DNA of 63,482 nt, counting the filler, from Rhabdomonas costata (lineage: Eukaryota), in the NCBI GenBank assembly GCA_019059605.1. It is 52 parts of 52 records of this genome, joined end to end, with 100 filler letters (N's around TTAATTAATTAA, not from the genome) between each part and the next. Parts side by side here need not be neighbours in the genome. Positions count along the whole stretch, not along the records: positions 25,682 to 26,804 come from JAHMHO010027455.1; positions 26,905 to 28,027 come from JAHMHO010027456.1; positions 28,128 to 29,250 come from JAHMHO010027457.1; positions 29,351 to 30,473 come from JAHMHO010027458.1; positions 30,574 to 31,696 come from JAHMHO010027459.1; positions 31,797 to 32,919 come from JAHMHO010027460.1; positions 33,020 to 34,139 come from JAHMHO010027461.1; positions 34,240 to 35,362 come from JAHMHO010027462.1; 44 more parts are not named here. One strand, written 5' to 3'. Each line of letters begins with the position of its first letter. Position 1 is the first letter of the stretch. The translations under genes were made by a program, and so were the position numbers. Shown here piece by piece: positions 26,146 to 38,623 of the stretch. Below the pieces are notes generated by a model that made no database searches, was not told the DNA's origin, and worked only from the letters and a program-made list of their open reading frames with translations.

Positions 26146-27150
26146 CTGAAAAATTATGCAAGCCTGGGAAGAAGATAGAGACGGAATTCGCATTCAAAAT
26201 CAGCTTCAAAGATTCAGCACATACGTGAAAGTGCCGCGCAACTGGATCCAATTCAGGTTCAGTTAACGATTTCTTCTTGATGAACATGCAATCTGCCATC
26301 GCAAGACGTCCACGTCAACGCACACTTCAGTTCCACGGTAAACCAAACGCTGCAATCTTCAAAAAGAATCTTCAAATCATAAAACCACAAAAAGTAAAAC
26401 CTGCGAAAGAAAAGCACGATAAATGTTGTCCAGCTGGCTAAAGAGTCACTTGCCACCAGGTCACTGGGTCACTCTCGCTCAATCAATGCCCGAATATACT
26501 TTTTGTACAATGCGGGGAGCGAGAGACGGTTTGCGGGAATGCAAGCACCACAGGATTTCATATTTGTCCCACACCTTGCAAAGTCTCCAGTAAAAACCGC
26601 CACCCAGTAAACCCCTGCAGAGGTTCTGTCGGAATCCCAGAAAATACGTGCACCGCCGAGTTCTGCAATAAATAACGGGGGGACATTAGAAGTTACATTA
26701 GAAGTCGGAAGGGTAATTACAAAGCAGCGTGTGTGAGTGGGAGGATAAAATAATAGCCACTATCCCGGCCCAAAGGATTTGTTTCCTAGGGTTAGGAAAC
26801 AAACNNNNNNNNNNNNNNNNNNNNNNNNNNNNNNNNNNNNNNNNNNNNTTAATTAATTAANNNNNNNNNNNNNNNNNNNNNNNNNNNNNNNNNNNNNNNN
26901 NNNNTTTGTTTGGTTCTCGCGACATGGCAGATGGTGCAAAATGGAGTGAGAAAATGGGGCGGAGCCATTAGTTAAAGGAGGGAAAAGGGGATAGGTGCTC
27001 GTGCGGTGGAGGCTTTAGGGGAGAGGCGAACTCCATACTGAGTGGGTGTGAATGAATGAAACAGTAAGGATTAATGGAGTTGGGGTCGAGTTGCAAAGGA
27101 GCTGGAGGGCAGACACAGAACGAAAAACGGCGTTCACACTCACTAGTCAC

Positions 27151-27250
27151 CATTAAAGGAATCCCCCGCAGGGCAGGCTTCGACATCAGTTCATGCAGCT
27201 CCGTAGTGGCGGTGGGCAACGTGGCCGAGTCAGCACTGTCCACAACAAAG
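27151..27250 (-). CDS. ARL8: Arf-like small GTPase exon (ARL8-like)
   Basis: FVVDSADSATLPTATTELHELMSKPALRGIPLM resembles ARL8 VDAAD...ELH-x-L-x2-KP-x-L-x-GIP. Confidence 0.75.
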
Positions 27251-27550
27251 CTGTCAGGAAAAAGGAAGCAAAAAAACAACCGGGTTGGCAGGCAGAGCAA
27301 ATATTATGGGGACAATGAAACGAGTGAAAATCCCATGGCCAATTTTAAGTTTTTGGGAAATTTTGTGGGAAGATTGTTTCTTTTGCGATTTTTTTGCGAT
27401 TTTTTCTTCGAATGTTTAGTGTGCATTTTACGCTTTGACTCTGACAATTTTCAACGCAAGTAAAAAAAGTTAGTAAAAACAGAAAACAATGTGATACAGA
27501 AAAAAGCATTTTAGGCCTTATTGCGTCTACGGCGTATTTTACCGTCTAGG

Positions 27551-27589
27551 TGGTGCTAGTGGTGCTGTAGTTCGTGGTGGTTCGAGCCC
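27551..27589 (+). promoter_or_regulatory. tRNA-like A box/B box pair (possible SINE head or tRNA relic)
   Basis: TGGTGCTAGTGG (27551-27562) and GGTTCGAGCCC (27579-27589); spacing is too short for a complete cloverleaf. Confidence 0.4.
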
Positions 27590-28913
27590 AACAACTCCAA
27601 CCAACGAGCAAATCTCCGCTGTAAGACACCACTACTGTTACCGCGTTGCAACACCGTGAGCCAGAATTATTCACCGCGGCACCAAGCAGGACGCTGCAAA
27701 ATGTTGCAACAGTTTTTCATCAACACAAACAACATTTCATCATAAAAAAAGGTGTGCGCAGAGACCAAAAAAAGCCTCTTAGAACGCCAGAAAGTCGATT
27801 TCTACTATAATAACTGTTACGACGTTTTCGCTTTTTTACGATGCGTTAATATGTTTTCGCGTTTTTACGTTTTTTTACATTTTTTTTAACGAACAACAAT
27901 GAACGTAGAGAAGTGTCCATCCCTGCACTCACCTTTCAGCACTTGAGGAAAGATGGCAAAAGGAAAGGGATGTTTTAGGGGTGAAAAGCATCACAACAGG
28001 TCACCGTGACAGGAACTCACACAAAACNNNNNNNNNNNNNNNNNNNNNNNNNNNNNNNNNNNNNNNNNNNNTTAATTAATTAANNNNNNNNNNNNNNNNN
28101 NNNNNNNNNNNNNNNNNNNNNNNNNNNTGTGGTGGGTGGCAGGCGAAGGGGCGGTATCATGGCATCTGCGAAGGAAGCTGCGGAGGCAACCGCATGAACG
28201 CACGGAAAGGGCGACATGGGTGGTAGCGGCACTAGGGTGGCTCACGCGTGACGTGAAGCGTGGTACACTTCGTGCGCGAAGTGCAGTTGTACTGTTTGGA
28301 GTTTCAAACGGGGGGAGAGTAGGGGCGGAGTACGTCGTTTTGCAAATGAAAGCGGTGGGTTTGTTGGGGGTTGGGGATATGGCAATGGCAGCTGCGGGGA
28401 TGACATCGGAATCCATCAGCAATGTGTAGAGCGCCCTTCTACTCGACTATGCATCTGCAGCGGGCTGGGCACGTTGATTACTCTATGCTTCCCTTGGGTA
28501 GGTCACACCAAGCTAAGAACCCATCCGCCTCCGTATCACTGCTGGCGTCACCAGAGCGAACGGAAAAACGCATTTTTGCGCACATAGAAGCCCATCGCAA
28601 TTGTGGAGGGTTTCCGGGACCATTGGAAACTTGTAATATTTAACTCTGAGTTTTGGGAGGTGACTTTCCTTTGTTAATCTGTTTTTTAGGCTGGTAGGGG
28701 CACCCCCGGACCATAACAACTCTGGATGCTAAGGCGGACGTATTGTTTCAGGAAATCCACGGACCCAACTTTTTCTGCAACAGGTTCTCTTTGTTCTTTC
28801 CCGGGTTGAATGAGCTGTGCATTGGCAACCGCCGTCTTTCTTTGCTCACTACTCTTTCCTTCGGTGGCAGGTTGCATTTGATTCGCTTGCACTGTAGCGG
28901 AGTGGCTGCCACA

Positions 28914-29172
28914 ATGATTCTGTCGCGGTGCCGCCGCGCCTTCACCACGGCGGTGTCCTCAGGCTCAGGTAAACTGTTTTACTTGGGACAGAGAGAAGAT
29001 ACCAAGATGAGTGGGTTCAGGCGTGAATGAAAAGACATTACAACATTTGATGGTGTTGGGGTGGGCTCCTTTCCTTTGACTGTTCACTGTCACTCACGCG
29101 CCGTCTTCCATTTCCATTCTTTGTCCAGGGTACGCCGCTAGCACGTGGACGGCTCCCAAGGACCGCATCGAC
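28914..29172 (+). CDS. First two exons of a probable mitochondrion-targeted protein
   Basis: MILSRCRRAFTTAVSSGS (Arg/Ser-rich, no acidic residues) G|gtaaac...ccag|GYAASTWTAPKDRID|gtgag, in phase. Confidence 0.55.
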
Positions 29173-29386
29173 GTGAGGATGTCCCCCTTGATATCTAGAG
29201 GAAGATACACCGTCCTCCCGATTCTAAGCATGCCTGCTCGATCCCACCACNNNNNNNNNNNNNNNNNNNNNNNNNNNNNNNNNNNNNNNNNNNNTTAATT
29301 AATTAANNNNNNNNNNNNNNNNNNNNNNNNNNNNNNNNNNNNNNNNNNNNGTGTGGGGTCGGCCCACAGGAAGCACCCTGGACGTC

Positions 29387-29973
29387 TTTTGCGGTACAGC
29401 ATCGCGCAGCGGACGTCCAGGGTGCTTCCTGTGGGCCGACCCCGCTCCTCGTACAGACGCCCTGCACAAAGGAGGGGAGCGGGGGAAGACGGTGTCGTTT
29501 TCATTCTCCTCTTTCTGATGCCTCACACGGTGAAAAGGCGTGGTGTGAATACTGGGTAGCATTCGGTTGGCGATAAAACAAGCGAGATCGAGATCCCGCC
29601 CTTTACCTGAAAGAAGCCATTTCGCTGACCAGCTATAAATGTATCTAACTTTTGGTCAAGATGCTGACCTGGGGGAACTCACATGCCTACCGCTGCAGCG
29701 TGCCATGGAGGATGCTGTTACCTAGCCTCCTTCCCCCCGCTGTCAAACGTGCCGTGCCTCCCTCAAAATAAAAGAACTGGAACAACAAACAACTATCGGA
29801 GTAGGACATACCCAAAATTCAAAAGAGAAAGAAGGAGTGATGATTGTGGTGGAAGTGTACCCAGGTATGTATTGAGGTGGGAGTCAATCTCCGCCCACTG
29901 CCCACGACGGAACATCTGAAAGGCGAGCTTGTTGCAGGTGATCGCCCGGCCCGGGAGCCCCGCCGCAACATAC
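29387..29973 (-). CDS. Hypothetical protein, two exons
   Basis: Exon 29973-29861 (YVAAGLPGRAITCNKLAFQMFRRGQWAEIDSHLNTYL) joins in phase to exon from 29461 (GRLYEERGRPTG...). Confidence 0.5.
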
Positions 29974-32457
29974 CTGCGGAAAAAACCATGAGGTAGCAGC
30001 AGATTCAACTTAACCAGAGAAGAATTACAATACAAAAAATACAGGAGGGCAAGAATGGGCCTTGAAAGCCAGTATGGACTTTCAGTTTGCACACGGAGAA
30101 GAGAAAGACGAGAGAAATGTGATGGATTCATTCGCAAGGAGAGTTTAAGCAAGGTCTCTAAAAAAGATACGCAACGTTGTTTCTGTGCTTAGTATAACCT
30201 GCGGGGTCCCCACGTGTGTACCCACATGTGTATCCCCCAAAGTGAGACCTTCAAATCACTTACACATACATTAACAACCACATACATACTCAAAACACCA
30301 GTTGCAAGAGTTGCCTCGTCACTTTTACAGGGAAGACCCAGCACTACTTCTTCGACACTTTCACTGGGCACCTGCCTCCTTTGAGGCCTTGAGATCCTCC
30401 ACTGGCGCGTTGACCGCACCCTTGTAGCACGCCCAACCCTCCGCGCTCGTAACCTGTGTGCCACCAACACAACNNNNNNNNNNNNNNNNNNNNNNNNNNN
30501 NNNNNNNNNNNNNNNNNTTAATTAATTAANNNNNNNNNNNNNNNNNNNNNNNNNNNNNNNNNNNNNNNNNNNNTTGTGGGGGGGCGCGATATGAAGGCTT
30601 CGGTTCTAGATTGTTCTAAGCCGAGTCTCCCAAATGTGGAACTACTTTTGTGTGTGTGTTGTGTGTTTGGGCCCGGCACATTTCCAACGTTGGCTAACCA
30701 CGGCATTTCCCCAACTCAAACCAAAAACGTTAAAATAAAACGAAGAGTTATTCATCACTCTGCGAAGGCGCATTTCTCGTTGATTTTCATCGCAATAAAA
30801 CTGGTCGTCCAAAGTGAAAGCGCTGGTCCTGTGTGCCGAAAGCAGCAAAGCAGCGAACTTCCTTGTGGGCCCATTTAGAGGCTGCCCCCAAGCCATTGCA
30901 CAGACTCACTCACTCCCTCACCCACCCACCCACTCGGAGACGAATTTCTCATGGTGAAGTGCGCACGTGTCCTCGCACAGAGGGGAGGCTCTTGAGAGCG
31001 TCGGCGGAAGCGGGGGTCTTGCTGAATGTGGGGGCCTGCACTGGCTGGAGCTCAGCGTGTACGCTGCGGTGTTTTTCCTCTGCGTCGCCCCGTTTGCCGT
31101 GATGTGGTACTGGATGGCCGCCTTCGCATACATTATCTCTTTATGCTTTTCCTGTCTTTCTCTGCCCGTGCCCTGTTCTCCACCCGCGGTTGTATTGAGT
31201 GTGAACGGATAGTTTTGGTGGCATGCCGATGCCGGGGGTGTCACCCTGCCTGGAGTGCACCTCCGTGGGTACTTCATCTTTTTGCTCTGCAAGGGCACTG
31301 GGAGAGGGCAATCGCTCCATGAGGCACTACTCCTTGCATGTGCTGGATATATCAGTTGTGGTCGTCATTTTTGGCGGACGAATGGACGTGATCGGTGTTC
31401 GCGGTCTCTTCCTCTTCTTGTTGTTACCTAAATGGATTCTGAATTGGTCACTCCTACCAAGCATGATTATCTCGCTATAGTTATGGCGTTGAAAGCCAAA
31501 GTGGAAGATAGCGTGAAATTTACAAACCTCGCGCATTAAAAAGGTTGATAAAATGATAAATTAAGTGTACCACAGCATCTGTGGCCTCATCTGTGAGATT
31601 TTACTAAACAACCGGAGACTAAGAAGCTAAATCGGTAGTTTGCAAGAAGTTTCACAGATTCAGTTCAGCGATGGCGTTTCACTCCAACCCCCCCCCNNNN
31701 NNNNNNNNNNNNNNNNNNNNNNNNNNNNNNNNNNNNNNNNTTAATTAATTAANNNNNNNNNNNNNNNNNNNNNNNNNNNNNNNNNNNNNNNNNNNNTGAG
31801 GTGAAGGGGGGTTAACTCTGAGTTGAGCAGCTGAATGATCTGATGTCTTACTGGAGTGACTGGCGTTTCGACCCTGGCGGAGTGGTTGGGTCATCATCAG
31901 CAAGCACTATCTTCGCCTGCCCTGGACGCTCTTCTTCGAGTTCGTTGTCGACTGTGGGGTGAAGGTCGACTTTTGTGGGATGCTTCGCATCTGAAAGCGG
32001 AGGACGGTTCGAGTCCTGGATGTGCGAGGTCAGGGGTGACGCGATGATAGATGCACTGGGGCTGTGGTTGAGGTGGTGGGTTATGTGCGAGAGTATGAGA
32101 GAGAGCCACAAGCGGACTATTTCAGGTTATTTTTTTTAACACTACCAATGAAGACTGCACAGACCAGGTTGTCTGCAGCAAACGCATAGAAAGCAAGCAC
32201 CACAAAAAACGGATGCTAAAAAGATAGCATGCGCGAGGAATGAGTGCTGTGTAACATTAGGGACTGAAAGAAGTGAGTGGGGCAGAACGGGGAAGAAACA
32301 AAGAAGAGGACCTGGTGGTGAGGTTGCCAACGTGAGGACCGGGCGGCGGGTGGTAATGAGGAGAGAAAAAAGTGGCGCAAGGGAGCACACCACAGGGAAA
32401 AGAAACATGGGATCCGGGGGATAAAAAACTTGAGGCAACAAAACTGACCACCAGTAC

Positions 32458-32832
32458 CTCGGCGTAGGCCTGAACTCTGATGGCCTGCGCTTCCGTCAGC
32501 AGCGTTGCGGACTGCACCATAATGCTCTGCCCCAGCGCGGCGAAGGAGTCCAGCACCCTCCCCTCGTACAGCCGCACCGGAAGTACGCACACGGCCACCC
32601 AGTCCAGGTTCAGCACCTGCACCCGTGCGGCCTGCACGAAGTACTCCTCTGCCTGCCCCGTGGTGAGGTTGGTAAGGTTTGCCGTGTCCAGCCCACCAAA
32701 GCTGAGGTTGGCCCAGCTGCCGTACCTCTGCAAAAGAAACTTCGCGGACTGGTTCACGATGGCCTCGGGATAGGTCAGAACATTCTCGTAAGGACGGTAG
32801 GGCTGCGAGCAAGGCGACCTCACGGACAGCAC
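32458..32832 (-). CDS. Extracellular Cache-like sensor domain exon (receptor cyclase/kinase type)
   Basis: VNQSAKFLLQRYGSW...YFVQAARVQVLNLDWVAVCVLPVRLYEGRV resembles the C-terminal strands of dCache domains (YFVQ...LDW-x-V-V-x-V-x-P); N-x-S/T sequons present. Confidence 0.55.
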
Positions 32833-34796
32833 ACAAAAACGTTACTTTCGGAGGAAGAAATTCTTAAGGGTTCTGCGCGTAGCTGTGGTTCTGGTTGAGC
32901 GCCAACCAGAACCACAACCNNNNNNNNNNNNNNNNNNNNNNNNNNNNNNNNNNNNNNNNNNNNTTAATTAATTAANNNNNNNNNNNNNNNNNNNNNNNNN
33001 NNNNNNNNNNNNNNNNNNNGGGTGTTGGGAAATACGTTCCCTGTTCTCGTGGTTGCATCTAACTCGGTAAGAAAAAAAAAAGAGGGAACGCAGACACGAA
33101 GGACAAGAAAGCTTTGCAGCGTTTGTGGTATGAGAGAGAGAGAGAGGAAAACTCATGAAGATCAGAAAAAGGAAAAGAGAGAAGGAAAATGGAAAAAGAC
33201 AAAGTAATTCATTTTTGTTGTGTGATTGAGTTGATTGTTTTCCTTTTCGACTGCCATGGCCCAGCTCCTTGCGGGGATGCGTCCGTAGACCTGGTGCACA
33301 CGCGCGCGCGCACCAAAACCCCGATTTTTCTGGAAGCCCTTTGTTGATGTTCTTTCGGGGCGGATGGAGGTGCCCATAAGCACCAGCCAGACCAGAGGCA
33401 CAAACAAACCGTGCAGAAAGCGGAAAGGTACGTTCTGTCACGGGAAGAGAGAGACACGAGACGCCTATGGTCCATCGCCCATGAATCACGAGGGTCTATG
33501 GGGGAGCTAAGGCCGCCTGGCAGTCTCTCTTTCGCACTCACTCTCTTTCTCAAGAGGGAAAGGCCCCCCCAGGGCTGTCACCACGACAGCGGGGGCAAAA
33601 CGAGCGGACCAAGGGTCCACGGTCCACAGGTGGAAATTGACTCGGAACACAGGCACAGCTCCATTCGAGAAATCAGGGCGTGTACTTCGGAAAGGGATGA
33701 CGCAGTTCTACCGCATCTCAAAGCTAACGTCCTCAAAGCAGACGCCAGTAGGACCTCCGGTATACTGGACAGCTTCAATGTAAAACTGGCGCGGAAACTT
33801 ACTACCCACCGATGTTTTGCTATTCGATTGCAGCATCACACGGAGTTAAATTAGAGTCAACCCATCCACCACCAAAAATCCAAAACTTGACTGCACTATT
33901 GCAGTCGTATTAAAATGGTAATTTAAAGAGAGAAACTGGGCATCTGATATATATGTATACGAGTGGATGGGAGATTAGGAAAACCAGAAAAGCAGTGCTG
34001 CATTGTTAAGTATTTGTTTTTTATTAGCACTCAATAACTGCTGACTAAGGATTAGGAGGAAATTGGACAGGCAAGTTGAACAGCGCCGCCAAGTCGACCA
34101 ACAAAAACTTGGCACAAGCATTTCGGCACCACCCACACANNNNNNNNNNNNNNNNNNNNNNNNNNNNNNNNNNNNNNNNNNNNTTAATTAATTAANNNNN
34201 NNNNNNNNNNNNNNNNNNNNNNNNNNNNNNNNNNNNNNNGGTTTTTGTTCGCGCGCAGCCTTCCTTTCATTCCCGTTGTGAATTTGTCGGACAGAGAGCG
34301 CAAGAGGTAAGGCAGAAGCAGTGACCCGAAATATGGTGAAAAGAAAAGTTGCCCCTACCATTCAACGCGGTGCCTGGGTGCTCGCACGGAGATCCCCATA
34401 AACTAATGTGTGCGCGTTTCATTCTCATGTCATTCTCATGTCGTTGTTTGTGCTTGCGTGGTGCACCACTCTCCGCATCTGCGCTTCCACTGCGCCTTAG
34501 TCTTGATGACCCTCCGATCGGTTAGAGCCCTGCTGAGTTACTCTCGGAAGTGTCTTGCCTTGCTGCGTGGTGGGTATGGAACTACTTGGGGTTTCTTCAG
34601 AAACAGTGAGTCACCACACTTGTTTTTGTCTCTCCAGAAAATTCCGAAGGGATCCGCCTCGCTGCGTTTCCGCTGTTGATCAACCGCAATGCTTCCTGTT
34701 GCGCAGTAAATCCACCTCACTAACGCGCATATGCACAGACAGTCATGTTTAGATTCGTTCCCAATCCTTCTGTTCAAGTGCTGTGCTCTGTTGCAG

Positions 34797-35227
34797 GCAT
34801 TTTGGTTCCCGAGGCTGCAGTTTGGGGTGCCACAGTCTGCCTCTCTGTACGTGATCTATGCCGCCATCCTCCTCATTATTGCCTACTGCGTGCACATGAA
34901 CCGCAGGCTGCTATTCTTGGCAAATATGGCTTGTGCCCGCCACTCCACCTTCCCTCCGCCCCCACCAACCAATTTATCCACTTCGCTTGTGCCAGAGTGA
35001 AGTCACTGCACAACTCATTCCGAGCTGAAAATTTCCGGACTGAGATCCCAAGTTGCCGATATGGATTTTTGGGTCATGATGGGTGCGAAAGGAGGAAGTC
35101 GGAAAGGTGAAAGACCCCTTACGCCTCCTGGTTTTGCATTTTTTCAAAGGTGGAAGCGTCGTACCACCGCTGTATCAACACTCCGGCAACCTCTGCGGTG
35201 ATCAAGAACCCTGCGATCTGGACAAAG
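34797..35227 (+). CDS. Membrane protein, two exons
   Basis: Exon 34797-34928 has a TM helix (LYVIYAAILLIIAYCV) followed by RRLLFL; exon 35150-35227 is VEASYHRC...IWTK. Confidence 0.5.
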
Positions 35228-36394
35228 GTTTTTGCTCCACCTTCACAGCGATCTGACTTTTACCGCTTTTGTCCCCTCCCCCAAGAGTTCCATGTAAGCC
35301 CCGCACAGTACTCATGATCAGTTTAACACATTGCAGCAGACAGTTTTCCGGCAAAACCACACNNNNNNNNNNNNNNNNNNNNNNNNNNNNNNNNNNNNNN
35401 NNNNNNTTAATTAATTAANNNNNNNNNNNNNNNNNNNNNNNNNNNNNNNNNNNNNNNNNNNNGTTTGGTGGAAAGATCCATCCATTACTTTCCTCAACAC
35501 TGATTGGCATTCTTTGTCAATCAAGTTACCAAAGCACACATTTGTTAGAATACACAGCAACCTAAGGAAAACCAGCCGGAATCTGGCATCGAAGCGAGAC
35601 AGTGCTTGTAGCTTATGTGGCATGTGATTGGACAGCTTTGGTAAGAAGCGGAAGCCCACGTTAATACCATGTGTGCAACTCACTATGTCTTTTGCATGCA
35701 GACCATACTTGAAGGATAGCCATAAATGGCACTGTTGGAATTGGGCTTCTCCGAAAATATCATCAGTTGAACTTTGTTATTTTTCTGTGTTCCATGGAAC
35801 GACACTTCCACCAACCTAAATTACATGGTCCAAATGGATCAACGTTGATTGGGTGCACTATGTTATTTTACTGTCTGTTACTGTACATGTGATTGAATTG
35901 ATATTTATGTCGCATTTTATGGTGTCAGAATGCTCAGGGTGCTGAGTATTTGGTCATAAACTCATTGATTAACGTCGAGTTGTCGCCGATTGGTCCGCCT
36001 GCACCGCTACTTTTTTACCACACATAAATTGCGCATCTGGTCGTGGTCGATTTGACAAAGCCATGACCCACGACTTACGGGCGCTTTGTTGTAGATGGAC
36101 CCCCACACCTAGTGACTTGGTAGGATTTGTCGGTGTCTTGCAGGTAAAGTCGAATACCGAGCCCACTCAAACGTCCAGTAATTGAAATTGTCTGTCAATG
36201 AGAATTTTTGTATTTATAGTGGAGCCATCTCTGGCCCCGCAATGCAGTGGACACAGAATGAGACGCGCGTACGCCCATGGCAAACATTGTTTGTACATCC
36301 AAAAAATAGACACCAGTTTCACAGGAGTTGCAGCTCCTGATTGACGAGTTCCATGGCATGTGTCATGAGAAGTTGAGGGACAGAATTTCACTTC

Positions 36395-36576
36395 GGAGAC
36401 AGATATACCGCGTCATCCGTGTGGAGAATTTGTCACTACCGTCAGCGCATAGTCTTCACTAAATGAACCAGCAAGTTCAGTTGGAAGTGCGACGTCAGTT
36501 GGAAGAACTCCTGGTAGATGGAGTATCACTACATCAGTCATCCACTACAGCGCCACATTCATGCTCATTGAAAAGT
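36395..36576 (+). mobile_element. Frameshifted Ty3/gypsy reverse transcriptase N-terminus
   Basis: MNQQVQLEVRRQLEELLVDG / (frameshift) ITTSVIHYSATFMLIEK parallels E-x2-RQ-x2-ELL-x2-G-x-I-x-PS-x-SPY-x-AP...V-x-K. Confidence 0.65.
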
Positions 36577-37253
36577 AACACAACCNNNNNNNNNNNNNNN
36601 NNNNNNNNNNNNNNNNNNNNNNNNNNNNNTTAATTAATTAANNNNNNNNNNNNNNNNNNNNNNNNNNNNNNNNNNNNNNNNNNNNGGGTGTGGGTGAGAG
36701 AGGGAAGGCCAGCAGAGAGACAGTGGGGAAGACTGCCGGCGAGGAAGAGAGCCAGGCCAAGGGAGGGAAGTCACGTGGAAGGAGGTAACCAGCACACGAC
36801 CCGACCGCATTAGAAATCCACAGGGTGTGTTCCAGGGTTCCGGAGGAAGAAAGTTGCATTCTCACCTTTCTCCCGAGTTTTCACAGGTCAGGCAGATTTC
36901 AGAGTTCGTCCTGACTACCCTGATGCCCCTGAACGCCATGAACTGAATTACACAGAGAGGTCCTTGATTAGGTTCTTAAAAAAATTGCGTGAGTCCATTA
37001 ATGCGGAATTAAACCTAACAGGTCGCTTTTGTTTGAATTTGTGTTGCGTTTTGCCTTTCATCGTGTTTTTACAGAGGAGGTGCAGCAGAAACTCAAATAA
37101 ACCGCAGGCGAGAACCGCGGAGACCAGAGGCACCAGCAGAGGGAGAGGGATGGAAAAAGTGTGTGGCGTTAGTGCAGTGAACACAGGACAGGGTGTGTGA
37201 GCGGTCGCGTGCCCCTTCCTTTGGGTGGGAGGTTTGGGAAGGATATAAGCGGT

Positions 37254-37480
37254 GAGACCCGCCCGGCGAAACCCCACCACAGCCCAGATGGTGTGGGTAC
37301 CAAGGCCCGGCCAACCACTGTTCTTAAAGCAGCCTTCACGAGCCACAAGTGACGCCACCCTGGTCTGCAGAGTAGTGCCCCCAGAGGTCGCCAGATTTAC
37401 GCCAAAGCGGCTTGGTAAATCGAAAAGTGGTTGGCACCCCCGCCCACGTTTCAGAAAGGCGACGCCCGCAGAGAGCACCA
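37254..37480 (+). repeat. Dispersed repeat, diverged copy of 57119-57359 (possibly LTR/3' region)
   Basis: Colinear conserved blocks, including identical CAGAGGTCGCCAGATTTACGCCAA at 37382-37405 and 57262-57285. Confidence 0.85.
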
Positions 37481-38065
37481 GAGCGACCCACGGACGAACG
37501 GAAGAGACCTCCGCCACGTTCTAGGTGCCGAGACACCTAGGTAAGCCGAGGCAGCGCCCACCTTGTGCAAGCAAGGTCGGGATACAGTCCAGCTCGAGTG
37601 GGATCCAGAGGCACGACCACCCAAAGAGGTAGGAGCCACTTAAGAGTTCCTGCCGCATAGATGACATAGTGTGACGGTGGGCAGTTTGCGGTTAACGGTT
37701 TCCCTTTTGGCACCCGAGGAAGGGGCACACAGAACACACCCGCGTAAATGAGGACCCGGGTGTGTTCTGTGTGCCCCTTCCTCGGGTGCCAAAAGGGAAA
37801 CCCCACACNNNNNNNNNNNNNNNNNNNNNNNNNNNNNNNNNNNNNNNNNNNNTTAATTAATTAANNNNNNNNNNNNNNNNNNNNNNNNNNNNNNNNNNNN
37901 NNNNNNNNGTGTTTTTTTTGCCGTTTCCACTTCTTCAATATGCTGTGTTTCAAAACCTGCTGTTCCCTGGGGTATCCCTGGGGTGAGCTTTTAACCGCAA
38001 CTGCCATGCTTATTTCGTGGGCTCTGTCGAGCATCGAGTTTCGGTCAGGTTTTTTTACCCGTTAG

Positions 38066-38623
38066 GCAGTGTCCCCAGTGACAGCCGCCGGGAGATTGTC
38101 TCCACTTTCAACAGCTCTCAGGAGGACGTCTTTGTTTTCCTCCTTACCACTCGTGCTGGGTGCGCTTTTTCCATTCTCAAAACCGCTTCGCACCCTCACC
38201 TCTAGCACAGTTTCTTCGGGTGGTTAATCATCCTTTTGTCTCAATAAGGTTGCCTTTGCTGTCATTGCTTTGGCTGCAGCTGTGGCGATTAATGGGAATG
38301 TTTGAATGTGATTAACTGCGTACCTGTGTGTGTGGCTCATAAAAAAGGTATACCCCTTCCCGTGTGTATGGACAAGACCCTGTTTTCGGTTGCTATTCTT
38401 TTATACACAAGTTACATTCTGGGCTTGAGGGGACGTAATTTGCGTGGGGTGCGCAGAAGGTTGGGGTTGTTCAAGTATGATTTGTGGGTTGAGAAGCTTG
38501 ATCTAACCCCGTGTGCTTGGTGCGCCGTCCACAAGGAAGGTCTTTTTATTCCTTTTTTTCATTCTTTCTCAGCGGTCTGGGCCTCAATCTGCAAACGGCT
38601 GACACGGTGATCGTTTTCGACAG
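38066..38623 (+). CDS. SNF2-family chromatin remodeller, helicase C-terminal exons
   Basis: Exons 38066-38159 (FVFLLTTRAG) and 38573-38623 (GLGLNLQTADTVIVFD) form motif V; in-phase GT-AG intron. Confidence 0.93.
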
